Source of the DNA: a virus
Direction: 5' to 3' (one strand)
Virus record (IMG/VR): IMGVR_UViG_3300048774_000008
Location: 1 to 62,279 of that record
Length of the DNA: 62,279 nucleotides
The first letter of the stretch is position 1. Every line of letters starts with the position of its first letter. A program made the translations under genes and the position numbers. This document shows positions 9,020 through 17,632 of this stretch, one piece after another. The notes below the pieces were generated by a model, which worked only from the letters and a program-made list of their open reading frames with translations, did no database searches and was not told the DNA's origin.

Positions 9020-9540
9020 GCTGCCACTCTCAAGCAATGAACCATTCCCCACGCCAGCGGATTAGCGCATACATGGCCGATAAAATCAGATGGTTGCGCT
9101 GACCTAAACTCTCGCCGAATCGGCAACGGGTCTTTTTCGCTCGGGTTCCATGCCGATCTACGCTGCGCGATTCCACCCTGATTGACGCTGAACAATCTGC
9201 TTCCGCTGTCGCTTTCAGTAAAAATAATCTCGCCAGAGTCGATTAAGATCGCGAGTAATTTATAGGTTTTCTGGAAGCTTCTGCCGATTCTCCTCGCAAC
9301 AGCTAAAGTGTCAAAATGCTGGTTATAGGCCATGAATTCACGTATATCATCCAGGTGCGCTGCGTCTCGATTCTTGATCTGCTTCGCTTTTGATTGATAC
9401 ACTCCGGCGCAGATATTAACTATCGCCGTGGTGCTTATTTTCCACTTCCGTGCAGTCCCGCGAATCGTTGCGCCAGCGTTTATTTCAGAAATAACCGAAG
9501 CTTGTTCAGCATCGGAAAGTTTGTTTATTTTGCCCCTCAT
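9016..9540 (-). CDS. HTH DNA-binding protein (possible replication-initiation or regulatory protein)
   Basis: N-terminal HTH (ATIRGTARKWKISTTAIVNI) and a C-terminal winged-helix-like segment. Start set to the ATG at 9540, which is ATGA-coupled to the small upstream ORF. Confidence 0.45.
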   Translation of the reverse strand: MRGKINKLSDAEQASVISEINAGATIRGTARKWKISTTAIVNICAGVYQSKAKQIKNRDAAHLDDIREFMAYNQHFDTLAVARRIGRSFQKTYKLLAILIDSGEIIFTESDSGSRLFSVNQGGIAQRRSAWNPSEKDPLPIRREFRSAQPSDFIGHVCANPLAWGMVHCLRVAA

Positions 9541-9710
9541 TTCACGCTTCTTGCGCACAATTCAGAATCGGTATTGATAGACATAGCTAGTCTAATCAAC
9601 GGTGCTGCCATGTCAAGGCATTCCTGCTGCACGCGGTCAAGATCATTTGATCGGATAGCCTCACGGAGTTCATCAAATTCCTCCTGGAACAAATCATTTT
9701 GCACCTTCAC
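9537..9710 (-). CDS. Small acidic helical protein (57 aa, GTG start)
   Basis: Hand-translated: VKVQNDLFQEEFDELREAIRSNDLDRVQQECLDMAAPLIRLAMSINTDSELCARSVK. Overlaps the Cro-like stop and the next start. Below the ORF-track cutoff. Confidence 0.4.
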   Translation of the reverse strand: MKVQNDLFQEEFDELREAIRSNDLDRVQQECLDMAAPLIRLAMSINTDSELCARSVK

Positions 9711-9907
9711 TTAGCACCCCTCTTCGGCTTGTCAGCCTTCAGTGCATTATTTGAAATAGCCTGAATAGCCAATTGCGCATGCCTCGGAATAGCGATTCCC
9801 TTTTTTGCGTTAGCACGCCATTTCGCTATACATGACGGAGATCGCTCAAGTGCGACGGCGATTTGCGCGTCATCCCCGTATTTAGCTTCCAACTGTTTGA
9901 ATTTCAT
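9707..9907 (-). CDS. Cro/YdaS-like transcriptional regulator (66 aa)
   Basis: First gene of the leftward operon. MKFKQLEAKYGDDAQIAVALERSPSCIAKWRAN..IPRHAQLAIQAIS resembles the Cro/YdaS HTH. The ATG at 9907 has GGAGGTG upstream. The longer N-terminus in the ORF track is AT-rich promoter sequence. Confidence 0.55.
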   Translation of the reverse strand: MKFKQLEAKYGDDAQIAVALERSPSCIAKWRANAKKGIAIPRHAQLAIQAISNNALKADKPKRGAK

Positions 9908-9930
9908 TTTTACACCTCCAATTTCAAAAA

Positions 9931-9959
9931 ATTTTATCAGCAAACAATAATTTATGCAA
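9931..9959 (-). promoter_or_regulatory. Sigma70-type promoter for the leftward early operon
   Basis: Minus strand: TTGCAT, 17 nt, TAAAAT, about 25 nt upstream of the Cro-like start. Confidence 0.5.
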
Positions 9960-9992
9960 ATTAAATTTATAGTAAAGTTTATAAAAATAATG

Positions 9993-10022
9993 CTTGACAC
10001 GATAAAACTGAGTATGTTTTAA
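9993..10022 (+). promoter_or_regulatory. Sigma70-type promoter for the rightward early operon
   Basis: TTGACA (9993-9998), 18 nt, TTTAAT (10017-10022), about 40 nt upstream of the first plus-strand gene. Confidence 0.5.
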
Positions 10023-10061
10023 TAGCCCATCGAATCACAAACAAGCAAAACTCGAAAGGAA

Positions 10062-10385
10062 ATGAAAATGAAAAAAGTTATTCGCCAAGGTGATGTATCC
10101 CTAATTCAGGTATCGGCAATTCCATCCAATGCCGTCGAAATCAAAACAGAACAAAACCGAGTTGTATTAGCATACGGAGAAGTTACCGGCCATGCCCATG
10201 CGATCTACGAAGATATCGACCAAGTGCGCGTCTGGGCTGACGGCAAGGTGAAATATCTCGAAGTCATGGCGACTGTAATGCTGAGACACGAAGAGCATAC
10301 CCATGCGCTGCTGCCGCCCGGAATTTATAAGTTGCCGGTGCAGGTTGAATACCACCCGGCTGAGTTAAGAATTACAAGAGACTAA
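10062..10385 (+). CDS. Conserved phage hypothetical protein
   Basis: The RQGDV.L..V..IP......VLAYGEVTGHAH.....L.HEEH....LPPG.Y....QVEY motif recurs in phage proteins of unknown function. The alternative start at 10068 has better SD spacing. Confidence 0.6.
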   Translation: MKMKKVIRQGDVSLIQVSAIPSNAVEIKTEQNRVVLAYGEVTGHAHAIYEDIDQVRVWADGKVKYLEVMATVMLRHEEHTHALLPPGIYKLPVQVEYHPAELRITRD

Positions 10386-10389
10386 AATC

Positions 10390-12102
10390 ATGAAAAAAAT
10401 AACTTCAATTTCACCGGAGCAGGTCGGTAAATTTGCAGAATGGTCTAAAAAGTGGATTGAAATTGGACTATCCACAGAGCCTGCTGATTTTGATCTTGCG
10501 ACTGACGCTGCACTGCGTGCCTACAAACTCTGCAATCTGAACAAACCGATGATTATCCTGCGCATGGGATCGCCTTATGGCACAACGGTTGGCGGAGCTT
10601 ACGCATGGTTAATGTTGAAAGAACTTGAGAACCAAGTGGGGAACCAAGTGTGGAACCAAATGGGAAGCCAAGTGGGAAGCCAAGTGGAGAACCAAGTGGG
10701 GAACCAAGTGTGGAACCAAATGGGAAGCCAAGTGGGAAGCCAAGTGGGAAGCCAAGTGGAGAGCCAAGTGTGGAACCAAGTGTGGAGCCAAGTGTGGAAC
10801 CAAATGGGAAGCCAAGTGTGGAACCAAGTGGGAAGCCAAGTGTGGAACCAAGTGGGAAGCCAAGTGGAGAACCAAGTGGGGAACCAAGTGGGAAGCCAAG
10901 TGGGAAGCCAAGTGCGGAACCAAGTGCGGAACCAAGTGTGGAACCAAGTGGGGAGCCAAGTGCGGAGCCAAGTGTGGAACCAAGTGTGGAGCCAAGTGGA
11001 GAGCCAAGTGCGGAGCCAAGTGGGAAGCCAAGTGGGGATCCAAGTGGAGAACCAAGTGGGAAGCCAAGTGCGGAGCCAAGTGTGGAACCAAGTGGGAAGC
11101 CAAGTGGGGAACCAAGTGTGGAACCAAGTGTGGAGCCAAGTGGAGAGCCAAGTGCGGAGCCAAGTGGAGAGCCAAGTGTGGAGCCAAATGGGAAGCCAAG
11201 TGTGGAGCCAAGTGGGAAGCCAAGTGGGAAGCCAAGTGGAGAACCAAGTGGGAAGCCAAGTGTGGAACCAAGTGTGGAACCAAGTGGGGAGCCAAGTGCG
11301 GAACCAAGTGTGGAACCAAGTGTGGAGCCAAGTGGAGAGCCAAGTGCGGAGCCAAGTGGAGAGCCAAGTGGAGAGCCAGGCAAAGGCAGGTTTGAGTAAT
11401 TATCGCGGAGGCTCTATTTGGAATGCCGGATGGTGTGCTTATGTTTCATTTTTTCGCGACCAAATGCAATGGGAAGATTCATTACTTGAAAATTTCACGA
11501 TAGATGAAGACCTCGCAAAATCATGCGGGTGGGTATGGTGGCATGAAAATGTGCTGGCGATTAGTGACCGTCCAGAAATTTTAAATCGCGACGACGAAGG
11601 AAGATTGCACTGTGAAAATGGTCCGAGCATAGCCTATCGCGACGGCTGGTCTTTATATCATTTTCACGGTGTAACGGTTCCGCAATTAGTTATCGAATCA
11701 CCCGATCAGATAACCATTCAGATGATTGAATCAGAATCTAACGCAGAGGTCCGGCGCGTTATGATGGAACGGTATGGCTATGATCGGTACATTTTGGATT
11801 GCGATTCGGAGCTTGTGGATTCATGCCGACTAGACCACCCGATCATTGGGTTGCGTGATGCAAAATTGCGCGTTAAAAAAGTTTCGGACGATGAGCCGAT
11901 TGTTTATATCGACCTGCTCAATTCAACTCCTGAACCTGATGGCAGCGTAAAACGGTATTTGATGCGCGTTGATCCAAATGCTTACGGCGGAGATGCATCG
12001 ATGGTGTGCCAAGCAGCAGCGGCAAGCACCTGGCGCGAGTCGATTGACGGAGAACTTGTTTACAAAGATTGGCGTGATTATGCGCCCGTGTTTGAATCGT
12101 AA
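10390..12102 (+). CDS. Repeat protein: 79-aa N-domain, 62 tandem xxQV tetrapeptides, conserved C-terminal domain (DUF6745-like)
   Basis: 570-aa ORF. The C-terminal part ([13 protein letters not shown]...[22 protein letters not shown]......[20 protein letters not shown]) looks like a conserved uncharacterised domain. Confidence 0.7.
   Translation: MKKITSISPEQVGKFAEWSKKWIEIGLSTEPADFDLATDAALRAYKLCNLNKPMIILRMGSPYGTTVGGAYAWLMLKELENQVGNQVWNQMGSQVGSQVENQVGNQVWNQMGSQVGSQVGSQVESQVWNQVWSQVWNQMGSQVWNQVGSQVWNQVGSQVENQVGNQVGSQVGSQVRNQVRNQVWNQVGSQVRSQVWNQVWSQVESQVRSQVGSQVGIQVENQVGSQVRSQVWNQVGSQVGNQVWNQVWSQVESQVRSQVESQVWSQMGSQVWSQVGSQVGSQVENQVGSQVWNQVWNQVGSQVRNQVWNQVWSQVESQVRSQVESQVESQAKAGLSNYRGGSIWNAGWCAYVSFFRDQMQWEDSLLENFTIDEDLAKSCGWVWWHENVLAISDRPEILNRDDEGRLHCENGPSIAYRDGWSLYHFHGVTVPQLVIESPDQITIQMIESESNAEVRRVMMERYGYDRYILDCDSELVDSCRLDHPIIGLRDAKLRVKKVSDDEPIVYIDLLNSTPEPDGSVKRYLMRVDPNAYGGDASMVCQAAAASTWRESIDGELVYKDWRDYAPVFES
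10627..11370 (+). repeat. 62 tandem 12-nt units ([G/W/E/R][N/S]Q[V/M] coding)
   Basis: Counted from the translated protein and the coordinates (744 nt / 12). Two forward and two reverse frames stay open, which produces four artefactual overlapping ORFs in the track. Confidence 0.95.
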
Positions 12103-12278
12103 TTACCCATCGGCCCAGGCATGGGAAAAGAAGCGCCTTGGTATTCACGGTGACAAGGCAAATGGCGGCATTGAACGGGAGTCCATATTGAGTCCGAAGT
12201 TCCTTAGCTGCTAACCACTTCGGCGGGTGCCGGTGGAAATCCGGTGCGAATTTAACGCAGCACAACATAGGAGCAGTC

Positions 12279-12620
12279 ATGACAATACGATTATTTACCG
12301 ACGTAATCCGCGATTTGCGATTTGGCGAAACGCTGGATGAAATCAGCACGGAGTTTAACAAGCTCGTTACCGCAGTTGAAAATACAGGCAAAGCTGGATC
12401 ATTGACTTTCACTGTCAAGATCAAACCATCGGCAGCGGGAGCAATTGAGGTCATTGACGAAATCAAGACCAAGCTGCCGCAACTCGCCAAAGGAACTTCG
12501 CTATTTTTTGCCACACCTGAAGGCAATCTGGTGCGCAACAATCCACGGCAGGATGAATTGCCTGGCCTGAAGGAAGTACCGAAAAATGAAAAACCGCTGA
12601 AAGAGGCTAAACATGGCTAA
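12279..12620 (+). CDS. Hypothetical phage protein (113 aa)
   Basis: ORF with AGGAG upstream. Overlaps the next gene. Confidence 0.6.
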   Translation: MTIRLFTDVIRDLRFGETLDEISTEFNKLVTAVENTGKAGSLTFTVKIKPSAAGAIEVIDEIKTKLPQLAKGTSLFFATPEGNLVRNNPRQDELPGLKEVPKNEKPLKEAKHG

Positions 12621-13425
12621 TTCTGAAAATCAGGCATTGATCGACTTCGCCGCCGGTCTAGGCTCTGTCGTATCGCATGCGACGGAAGGCGCTGGGCCAT
12701 TCATCGTATTGCCTGCCGGGTACGTTGCGCACGATCTTGAAAAATCGCTGTTGCAACCGATCCGCAAGCGCGGCAACGTCACGATGAACGATGCAGTCAG
12801 TTTCGTTGAATATTTCAATCTTCATCAAGCGGAAAGCCAAATCTACGGGCAAGTTGATCCACCTAAATTCGTGGCTGTTTTGAACGATAACCGCAAGGAT
12901 GGGCCGGGCTGGGGAGATCATCGCGTAACCTATTCATGCCCACTGTCGAAAGAATGGAAGGTCTGGAAGGGTTTTGCCGGTACGCCGCGTGACCAGATTG
13001 CATTTTCCGAGTTCATGGAAACGAACACGCCGGATATCGTTAGCTCCGCACCGGATGAGCCAAGCGGCGCAACCATGCTGGAAGTGGCGACAAGTTTCAA
13101 GGCGCAAAAGAAAGTCAATTTTGCCAGCGGTCAGCGCCTCGATAACGGCCAAGTTGACTTTATATTTCAAGAGGAAATCCAAGGCAGCGCCGGAGCCAAG
13201 GGCAGCATCAAAGTACCAGAACGGTTCTACATCGGCATTCCAGTATTTGAAGGCGGCGCACCCTATCGGATTGAATGCAAATTGCGCTACCGGCTCAAAG
13301 ACGGCTCCCTGACGATGTGGTTTGACATGGTGCGCGACCATAAAGTTTTGGAAGCTGCATTCATGGATATCTGGCAGGAAATCGAAGTTGGGACAGCGGC
13401 AAATATCTGGCGCGGTATGCCTTAA
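12613..13425 (+). CDS. DUF2303/YfdQ-like protein
   Basis: The pattern ..YGQVDPPKFVAVLND....GPGWGDHRVTY....SKEWKVW......Q..FSEFMETN..DI resembles the YfdQ family. Confidence 0.5.
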   Translation: MANSENQALIDFAAGLGSVVSHATEGAGPFIVLPAGYVAHDLEKSLLQPIRKRGNVTMNDAVSFVEYFNLHQAESQIYGQVDPPKFVAVLNDNRKDGPGWGDHRVTYSCPLSKEWKVWKGFAGTPRDQIAFSEFMETNTPDIVSSAPDEPSGATMLEVATSFKAQKKVNFASGQRLDNGQVDFIFQEEIQGSAGAKGSIKVPERFYIGIPVFEGGAPYRIECKLRYRLKDGSLTMWFDMVRDHKVLEAAFMDIWQEIEVGTAANIWRGMP

Positions 13426-13530
13426 TAGCAAGATTTGAAAACGTGGTTAACCCGATAGCAACCACTCAGCACCCTGTCGGCGACTGATCGGCGTAAGCGA
13501 TCAATGAATTCAACCGATGGAGTATTCCGA

Positions 13531-13617
13531 ATGATATACGCACTAATAATTTGGTTTTTCGTATCCGTGCTTGTCGGGATATTGGCCGGCAAGTTTATTA
13601 AATTTGGAATGGAGTGA
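13531..13617 (+). CDS. Small hydrophobic membrane peptide (28 aa)
   Basis: MIYALIIWFFVSVLVGILAGKFIKFGME, with GGAG upstream. Ends 3 nt before the next ATG. Confidence 0.35.
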   Translation: MIYALIIWFFVSVLVGILAGKFIKFGME

Positions 13618-13620
13618 GTT

Positions 13621-14160
13621 ATGCTAAACATAAATGAAGAAGACTTGAAAAAGGCCATTGTCGCCCAAGCCGCAGACACGATTTTGAATCAAGATGATGA
13701 TCTTTCCGGATTGATCGCAAAGGAAGTCAAAATTCGGCTTAATAAGATTTTTACTGATCGGGCGGAGGCGCAAATCGAAGCCGCCATCGATGATGCAGTC
13801 AAGATGAGTTTTGACCGCGAATATCAGCGTATCACGGCATGGGGTGAAGCTTCCGGCCCAGCAACGACCATTCGCGCAGAACTGGAAAAAACGACAAATG
13901 GTTATTGGAGCTTGAGAGTAAATCCTAAGACTGGCGCTCATACGACAAGCACCGACTCAGTGACGCGTGCTGAATATGTTATGACCCAGATTTGCGCCGT
14001 AGACTTTTCCGAGAGAATGAGACAATCCGCACAAAATATTACCGGCGCGTTGAAAGATGGCCTTCGGAATCAAATGGCCTATCAAATGGATCAATTGCTT
14101 GAAGGCCTGTTCCGCATAAAAAGCCTGCAAGATCAAGGTAAAGTGGAAAAACCGTACTGA
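13621..14160 (+). CDS. Hypothetical protein (179 aa)
   Basis: ORF followed by the hairpin CCGCAC-8 nt-GTGCGG. Confidence 0.6.
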   Translation: MLNINEEDLKKAIVAQAADTILNQDDDLSGLIAKEVKIRLNKIFTDRAEAQIEAAIDDAVKMSFDREYQRITAWGEASGPATTIRAELEKTTNGYWSLRVNPKTGAHTTSTDSVTRAEYVMTQICAVDFSERMRQSAQNITGALKDGLRNQMAYQMDQLLEGLFRIKSLQDQGKVEKPY

Positions 14161-14216
14161 AATATGCAACACGCGCCGCACCGCGATAAGTGCGGATGAA
14201 TTTAACGGGAGGAAAT

Positions 14217-14339
14217 ATGCAAACGAAAATCAACAACTGGATGCACGCCAAGCCAGCCATATCTTCCGGCCTGCTGATACTCGCTATCGGCGCTTTAGGT
14301 GCGCTTGGCGAGGCGCTAGCGGCTTTGGCGATATCATGA
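14217..14339 (+). CDS. Small membrane peptide (40 aa)
   Basis: MQTKINNWMHAKPAISSGLLILAIGALGALGEALAALAIS, with GGGAGG upstream and an ATGA overlap with the next gene. Confidence 0.4.
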   Translation: MQTKINNWMHAKPAISSGLLILAIGALGALGEALAALAIS

Positions 14340-14656
14340 GCGTGTATCCAATACGCGATGATTGCAGATTTGCCGGAGGTGAAACCATGAAAAGGTTATA
14401 TACAAGCGCAGAGGTATACGCGGTTCTATTCGCCAAGCACAAAGATGAATTAATCCCAGTTGGATCATTTAGCGATCCAGACGGAACATTTCAAGGCGGA
14501 CCAGGAACATGCGGCCGAATGGAAACGGAATACGGGTTAAAAGATGCTGATTATCCATTGATCGGGATTGCAACGACATGGGCCATAGTCAACGGTAAAG
14601 CAGCTGAAAAGTGCCATTGCCAATACTGGCTTTGCGTCGTCGAAAGAGATGATTAA
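14336..14656 (+). CDS. Hypothetical protein (106 aa)
   Basis: ORF coupled to the upstream peptide. Confidence 0.55.
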   Translation: MSVYPIRDDCRFAGGETMKRLYTSAEVYAVLFAKHKDELIPVGSFSDPDGTFQGGPGTCGRMETEYGLKDADYPLIGIATTWAIVNGKAAEKCHCQYWLCVVERDD

Positions 14657-14858
14657 CATGATCCGCACCCTATACGCAATACTATCCGTCGCAATTATCT
14701 GCGGCACATACGCAATAGTCCAGACGGTCAACGAGCGCGATATTGCCGACATGAAAGCCGTCAAGCCGGTGCCACGGTTACACGATGCGGAGTGGTCTAA
14801 GCTGTACGCTGATGCCAATCGGATCATGCCTCCACGGTATCAGGTGCCGGTGAAATAA
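14649..14858 (+). CDS. Small membrane protein (69 aa)
   Basis: N-terminal TM segment LYAILSVAIICGTYAIV. Confidence 0.5.
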   Translation: MINMIRTLYAILSVAIICGTYAIVQTVNERDIADMKAVKPVPRLHDAEWSKLYADANRIMPPRYQVPVK

Positions 14859-14919
14859 ATGTTGCGCGTCTGTGCGGCGAATAGTTTTGAGTTTATTGAA
14901 GTAACTAATGGAGGTTCAA

Positions 14920-15171
14920 ATGGAAAGAGAATTTCCAACCGATAAATGCTACTCCTGCGGGATTTTATTCGGCGCATTGAGAACACCTGGTTATCCACAT
15001 TATTGCGAAAAATGCAAAGTAGAACGTGCTGCGAAAATTAAAGAATTTCACCGTATGCCGAAAATCTCATGTGAAATTTGCGGACGTAAGGTTTGGCAAC
15101 ACGGCGGCGGAATGGAAAACCATTTGCGCATGGTCCACGAAATAATTGTTGCAAAGTCTAAAAAGGTCTGA
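14920..15171 (+). CDS. Zinc-finger protein (83 aa)
   Basis: CYSCG..18 aa..CEKC and CEICG...H..H motifs. The ATG at 14920 has GGAGG 8 nt upstream. Confidence 0.55.
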   Translation: MEREFPTDKCYSCGILFGALRTPGYPHYCEKCKVERAAKIKEFHRMPKISCEICGRKVWQHGGGMENHLRMVHEIIVAKSKKV

Positions 15172-15210
15172 TATGATTTGCGAATCAATGCTTGGCGGCA
15201 TGAAATATGA

Positions 15211-15288
15211 AGCCCTTTTGGTTTTCACGTTCCAGGGAAGAAATTCCCCCGCCGCCAAGCGGAGCGTGAGAAACCCAAAGGGCTTTTT
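15211..15288 (+). terminator. Long branched hairpin followed by a T-run (operon-internal terminator/attenuator)
   Basis: AGCCCTTT (15211-15218) pairs with AAAGGGCT (15277-15284), followed by TTTTT. Inner stems are GGTTTTCACG/CGTGAGAAACC, GGGAA/TTCCC and CCGC/GCGG. Confidence 0.5.
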
Positions 15289-15695
15289 GCGTTCCATGAT
15301 CCGCAATCAGTTTATCGGGCTATTGATGCAGAGGGCAGCGCGTAGGAAGTCGGGCGTAAGATTTGAACCGAGTAAGCATGTACCGGACATTTCCGATGTA
15401 GGGCGCGCTAGGGCTGCATCTCGACGTTGTGAGCTTGTAGGGATAGGCGACACATAAGATGCAAGTCGCAGGCCGCGTGCAATTAAATGCTGTGCTGGAT
15501 TGGTTTCCAAGGCGAAAGCCGCATACGGTTCAATTGCTCTCTTTGGGCTGGCAGAAAGCGGAAAGTGGAATCCGTGTAAGCAAAGAGATATTCGAGTAGC
15601 GATCCATAGCCGCTTGACCTGTTCACGATCCTTACCGACCGACGAGCATGTGAGAAATCGCCTAAATTTCCTACGGGATTTTGTAGGCGTGTTTT
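15289..15695 (+). ncRNA. Candidate structured non-coding RNA or long regulatory leader
   Basis: About 400 nt with no credible ORF on either strand. Ends in alternative hairpins (CGCCTA or CCTAC pairing with GTAGGCG, 15659-15689) followed by TGTTTT. The strand is inferred from the flanking operon. Confidence 0.3.
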
Positions 15696-15734
15696 ACCCT
15701 GTTGATGAAGCCTACCTCGTTCGGAGCATACATT

Positions 15735-15968
15735 ATGAACAGAATCGCCGATAACAAACGCCTGACATCTGAGCAAGCCGCAGCAACATGGCTAGGTGAA
15801 GTACGGGCTAAAACACGCATAGCGCCAGATCAGCAAACGCAAGACCGCTGGGATGCTATCGCTAACGGAACATTGGCGCAGGAGTACCGCGATGCGATTA
15901 AACCGGCGGCGGGATCGTTTCGGCTGACTGGATTTGATGAACTGTTTGGATTTGATGAACTGTTTTAA
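15735..15968 (+). CDS. Hypothetical protein (77 aa)
   Basis: ATG 15735 with GGAG upstream. C-terminal tandem GFDELFGFDELF. Confidence 0.5.
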   Translation: MNRIADNKRLTSEQAAATWLGEVRAKTRIAPDQQTQDRWDAIANGTLAQEYRDAIKPAAGSFRLTGFDELFGFDELF

Positions 15969-16030
15969 TTTTGAATAGGTAAGCGGCCACCTGTAACGGT
16001 CGCAAATTTAACGCGAAGGATGTTCCTATC

Positions 16031-16630
16031 ATGGGAATCTACAAGAAGCTTCAAGACGCACGAATCAGATTGCAAAACACTAAGCTGGAAAAAACAGGTC
16101 ATAACAAGTTCGCCAATTATTACTATTTTGAAATCGGCGATTTTCTTCCTACCGTTCAAAATATTTTCCATGAAATTGGTCTATGTGGCGTTGTTTCATT
16201 CTCCCTCGATATGGCGACATTGCGAATTGTCGATGTGGACGATGGCCAGGAGATTGTCATCACTTCGCCGCTTTCGTCGGCTGAATTGAAAGGCACTCAC
16301 CCTATCCAGAACGTCGGCGCTTGTGAATTGTACTCGCGCCGGTATCTATGGATAGCCGCAATGGAGATCGTCGAGCATGACGCGCTTGATAGTCAGCCAC
16401 TGGAAGCGCCGATCAAGCCGACCGCCAAAGACGCGCCAAAGAAGCAGGAAGCCGCAGGATTATCCGATAGTGATATAAACGACGTTGGCACTGCCATGCG
16501 CGAATGCGACGACATGGCCGCGCTGAAGGCTATCTTTGGGCCTGCGTACAAAAAGGCGAGCAAAGCGCAACAAGACGATCTGAAACAACAATACGATTCC
16601 ATGAAGACAAAGATAGGTGGTGCGAAATGA
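16031..16630 (+). CDS. erf: ERF-family single-strand annealing recombinase
   Basis: IYKKLQDARIRLQNTKLEKTGHNKFANYYYFEIGDFLP is typical of the ERF superfamily. Followed by SSB. Confidence 0.75.
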   Translation: MGIYKKLQDARIRLQNTKLEKTGHNKFANYYYFEIGDFLPTVQNIFHEIGLCGVVSFSLDMATLRIVDVDDGQEIVITSPLSSAELKGTHPIQNVGACELYSRRYLWIAAMEIVEHDALDSQPLEAPIKPTAKDAPKKQEAAGLSDSDINDVGTAMRECDDMAALKAIFGPAYKKASKAQQDDLKQQYDSMKTKIGGAK

Positions 16631-17064
16631 CTAACAAGATTACCGCAACCGGCCGCATTGCCGCTGACGCTGAAGTGCGATACACGCCCAGCGGTGATGC
16701 TATCGCTAATTTCCGTGTCGCATCAGATGTTGGATTCGGAGATAAGAAAACAACAAACTGGTTTGCCTGTTCGATATTCGGCAAGCGTGGCGAATCACTG
16801 TCACCTAATTTAACCAAGGGAACACAGGTAACGATATTTGGGCAACTTACTTTGCGCGAATGGACGAACAAGGAAAACGTGAAGCAGATAAGTCCTGATA
16901 TTCGTGTTGACGAAATCGAACTGCAAGGCGGCAAGAAAGACTCGAACGGACATGGCGACAATGCACCGCCGCCGCGCGAACCGAAGCCGCAACGTCCAGC
17001 GCCAAGTAGCCAGCAGACTGGCAGCGGTTTTGATGATGATGATTCCGATCAAATTCCGTTTTAG
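16627..17064 (+). CDS. ssb: Single-stranded DNA-binding protein
   Basis: OB-fold N-terminus (GRIAADAEVRYTPSGDAIANFRVA..), Pro/Gln-rich linker and acidic tail DDDDSDQIPF. Start at ATG 16627 (ATGA overlap with erf). Confidence 0.9.
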   Translation: MTNKITATGRIAADAEVRYTPSGDAIANFRVASDVGFGDKKTTNWFACSIFGKRGESLSPNLTKGTQVTIFGQLTLREWTNKENVKQISPDIRVDEIELQGGKKDSNGHGDNAPPPREPKPQRPAPSSQQTGSGFDDDDSDQIPF

Positions 17065-17123
17065 TAATTTTGATAACTATTTTAATTTAACCAAAGGCGC
17101 GGGGTTCGCCCCGCTGAATAATC

Positions 17124-17624
17124 ATGACTAGTATTTCACTATTTCAAGCCGCTGACCAACTCGCTCCATTGCTCGACACAATCGACGATGATGGCTGTAT
17201 CCCGCCAGAACTCGAAGCCGCATTAGCGCAATTTGAAGGCAAAGGGCTTGCGGTTACGGCATACATCCTGAATTGCGAAAAAATGGCCCAGATGATCCAT
17301 GACGCTGCCGAAGCTATGGATGCGCGCGCCAAGCCGCTGGAGGCCCGTGTAGAGCGTTTGCGCACCTACCTTGCCGACAATATGAAGCGCACCGGAATCA
17401 CGGAGATTACCTGTCCTGAATTTACGGCAAAGCTGGCTATCGGGCGCGATACTTCCGTTTCGATTGAAAACGAGGCACAGATTCCAGTTGCGTATCTTCG
17501 TGTACCGGAGCCTAAACCTCCTGTAGCTGCACCGGATAAAAAACTTATTGCCAAGGCGCTGAAGGATGGCATTGACGTACCTGGCGCAGTTTTGGTGAAA
17601 AAAGACCGTCTTACAATCGGATAG
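17124..17624 (+). CDS. Gp157-like protein
   Basis: Size, position after ERF/SSB, and the N-terminal LFQAADQLAPLLDTIDDDG.IPPELEAAL pattern resemble the siphovirus Gp157 family. Confidence 0.5.
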   Translation: MTSISLFQAADQLAPLLDTIDDDGCIPPELEAALAQFEGKGLAVTAYILNCEKMAQMIHDAAEAMDARAKPLEARVERLRTYLADNMKRTGITEITCPEFTAKLAIGRDTSVSIENEAQIPVAYLRVPEPKPPVAAPDKKLIAKALKDGIDVPGAVLVKKDRLTIG

Positions 17625-17632
17625 GATAAATC

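Noticed and set aside
10553-11399. Four long overlapping ORFs (276, 252, 256 and 249 aa) in other frames and on the other strand of the 12-nt repeat array.
   Set aside because: They consist purely of repeat translation (GSPLGS.., HLAPHL.., KWEAKC.., PSGKPS..) with no unique flanking domains or start signals. Only the frame joined to the N- and C-terminal domains (10390-12102) is credible.
12103-12278. Possible riboswitch. GGTGCCGGTGGAAATCCGGTGCGAA resembles the GGUG..AAUCC segment of cobalamin riboswitches.
   Set aside because: The other conserved parts (the B12 box, CCCGC..ACUG) are absent, and the downstream gene has no cofactor link. It is probably just a local hairpin in a 5' leader.
11918-12541. 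207-aa minus-strand ORF.
   Set aside because: It is antisense to the well-supported 3' end of the repeat gene and to the 113-aa gene, has low-complexity Ser/Leu/Pro composition, and no start signals.
15146-15776. Four ORFs (103, 67, 97 and 84 aa) in the 15.2-15.7 kb gap.
   Set aside because: They overlap one another on both strands, are Arg/Ser-rich, lack SD sequences and run through strong hairpins. The region is treated as non-coding.
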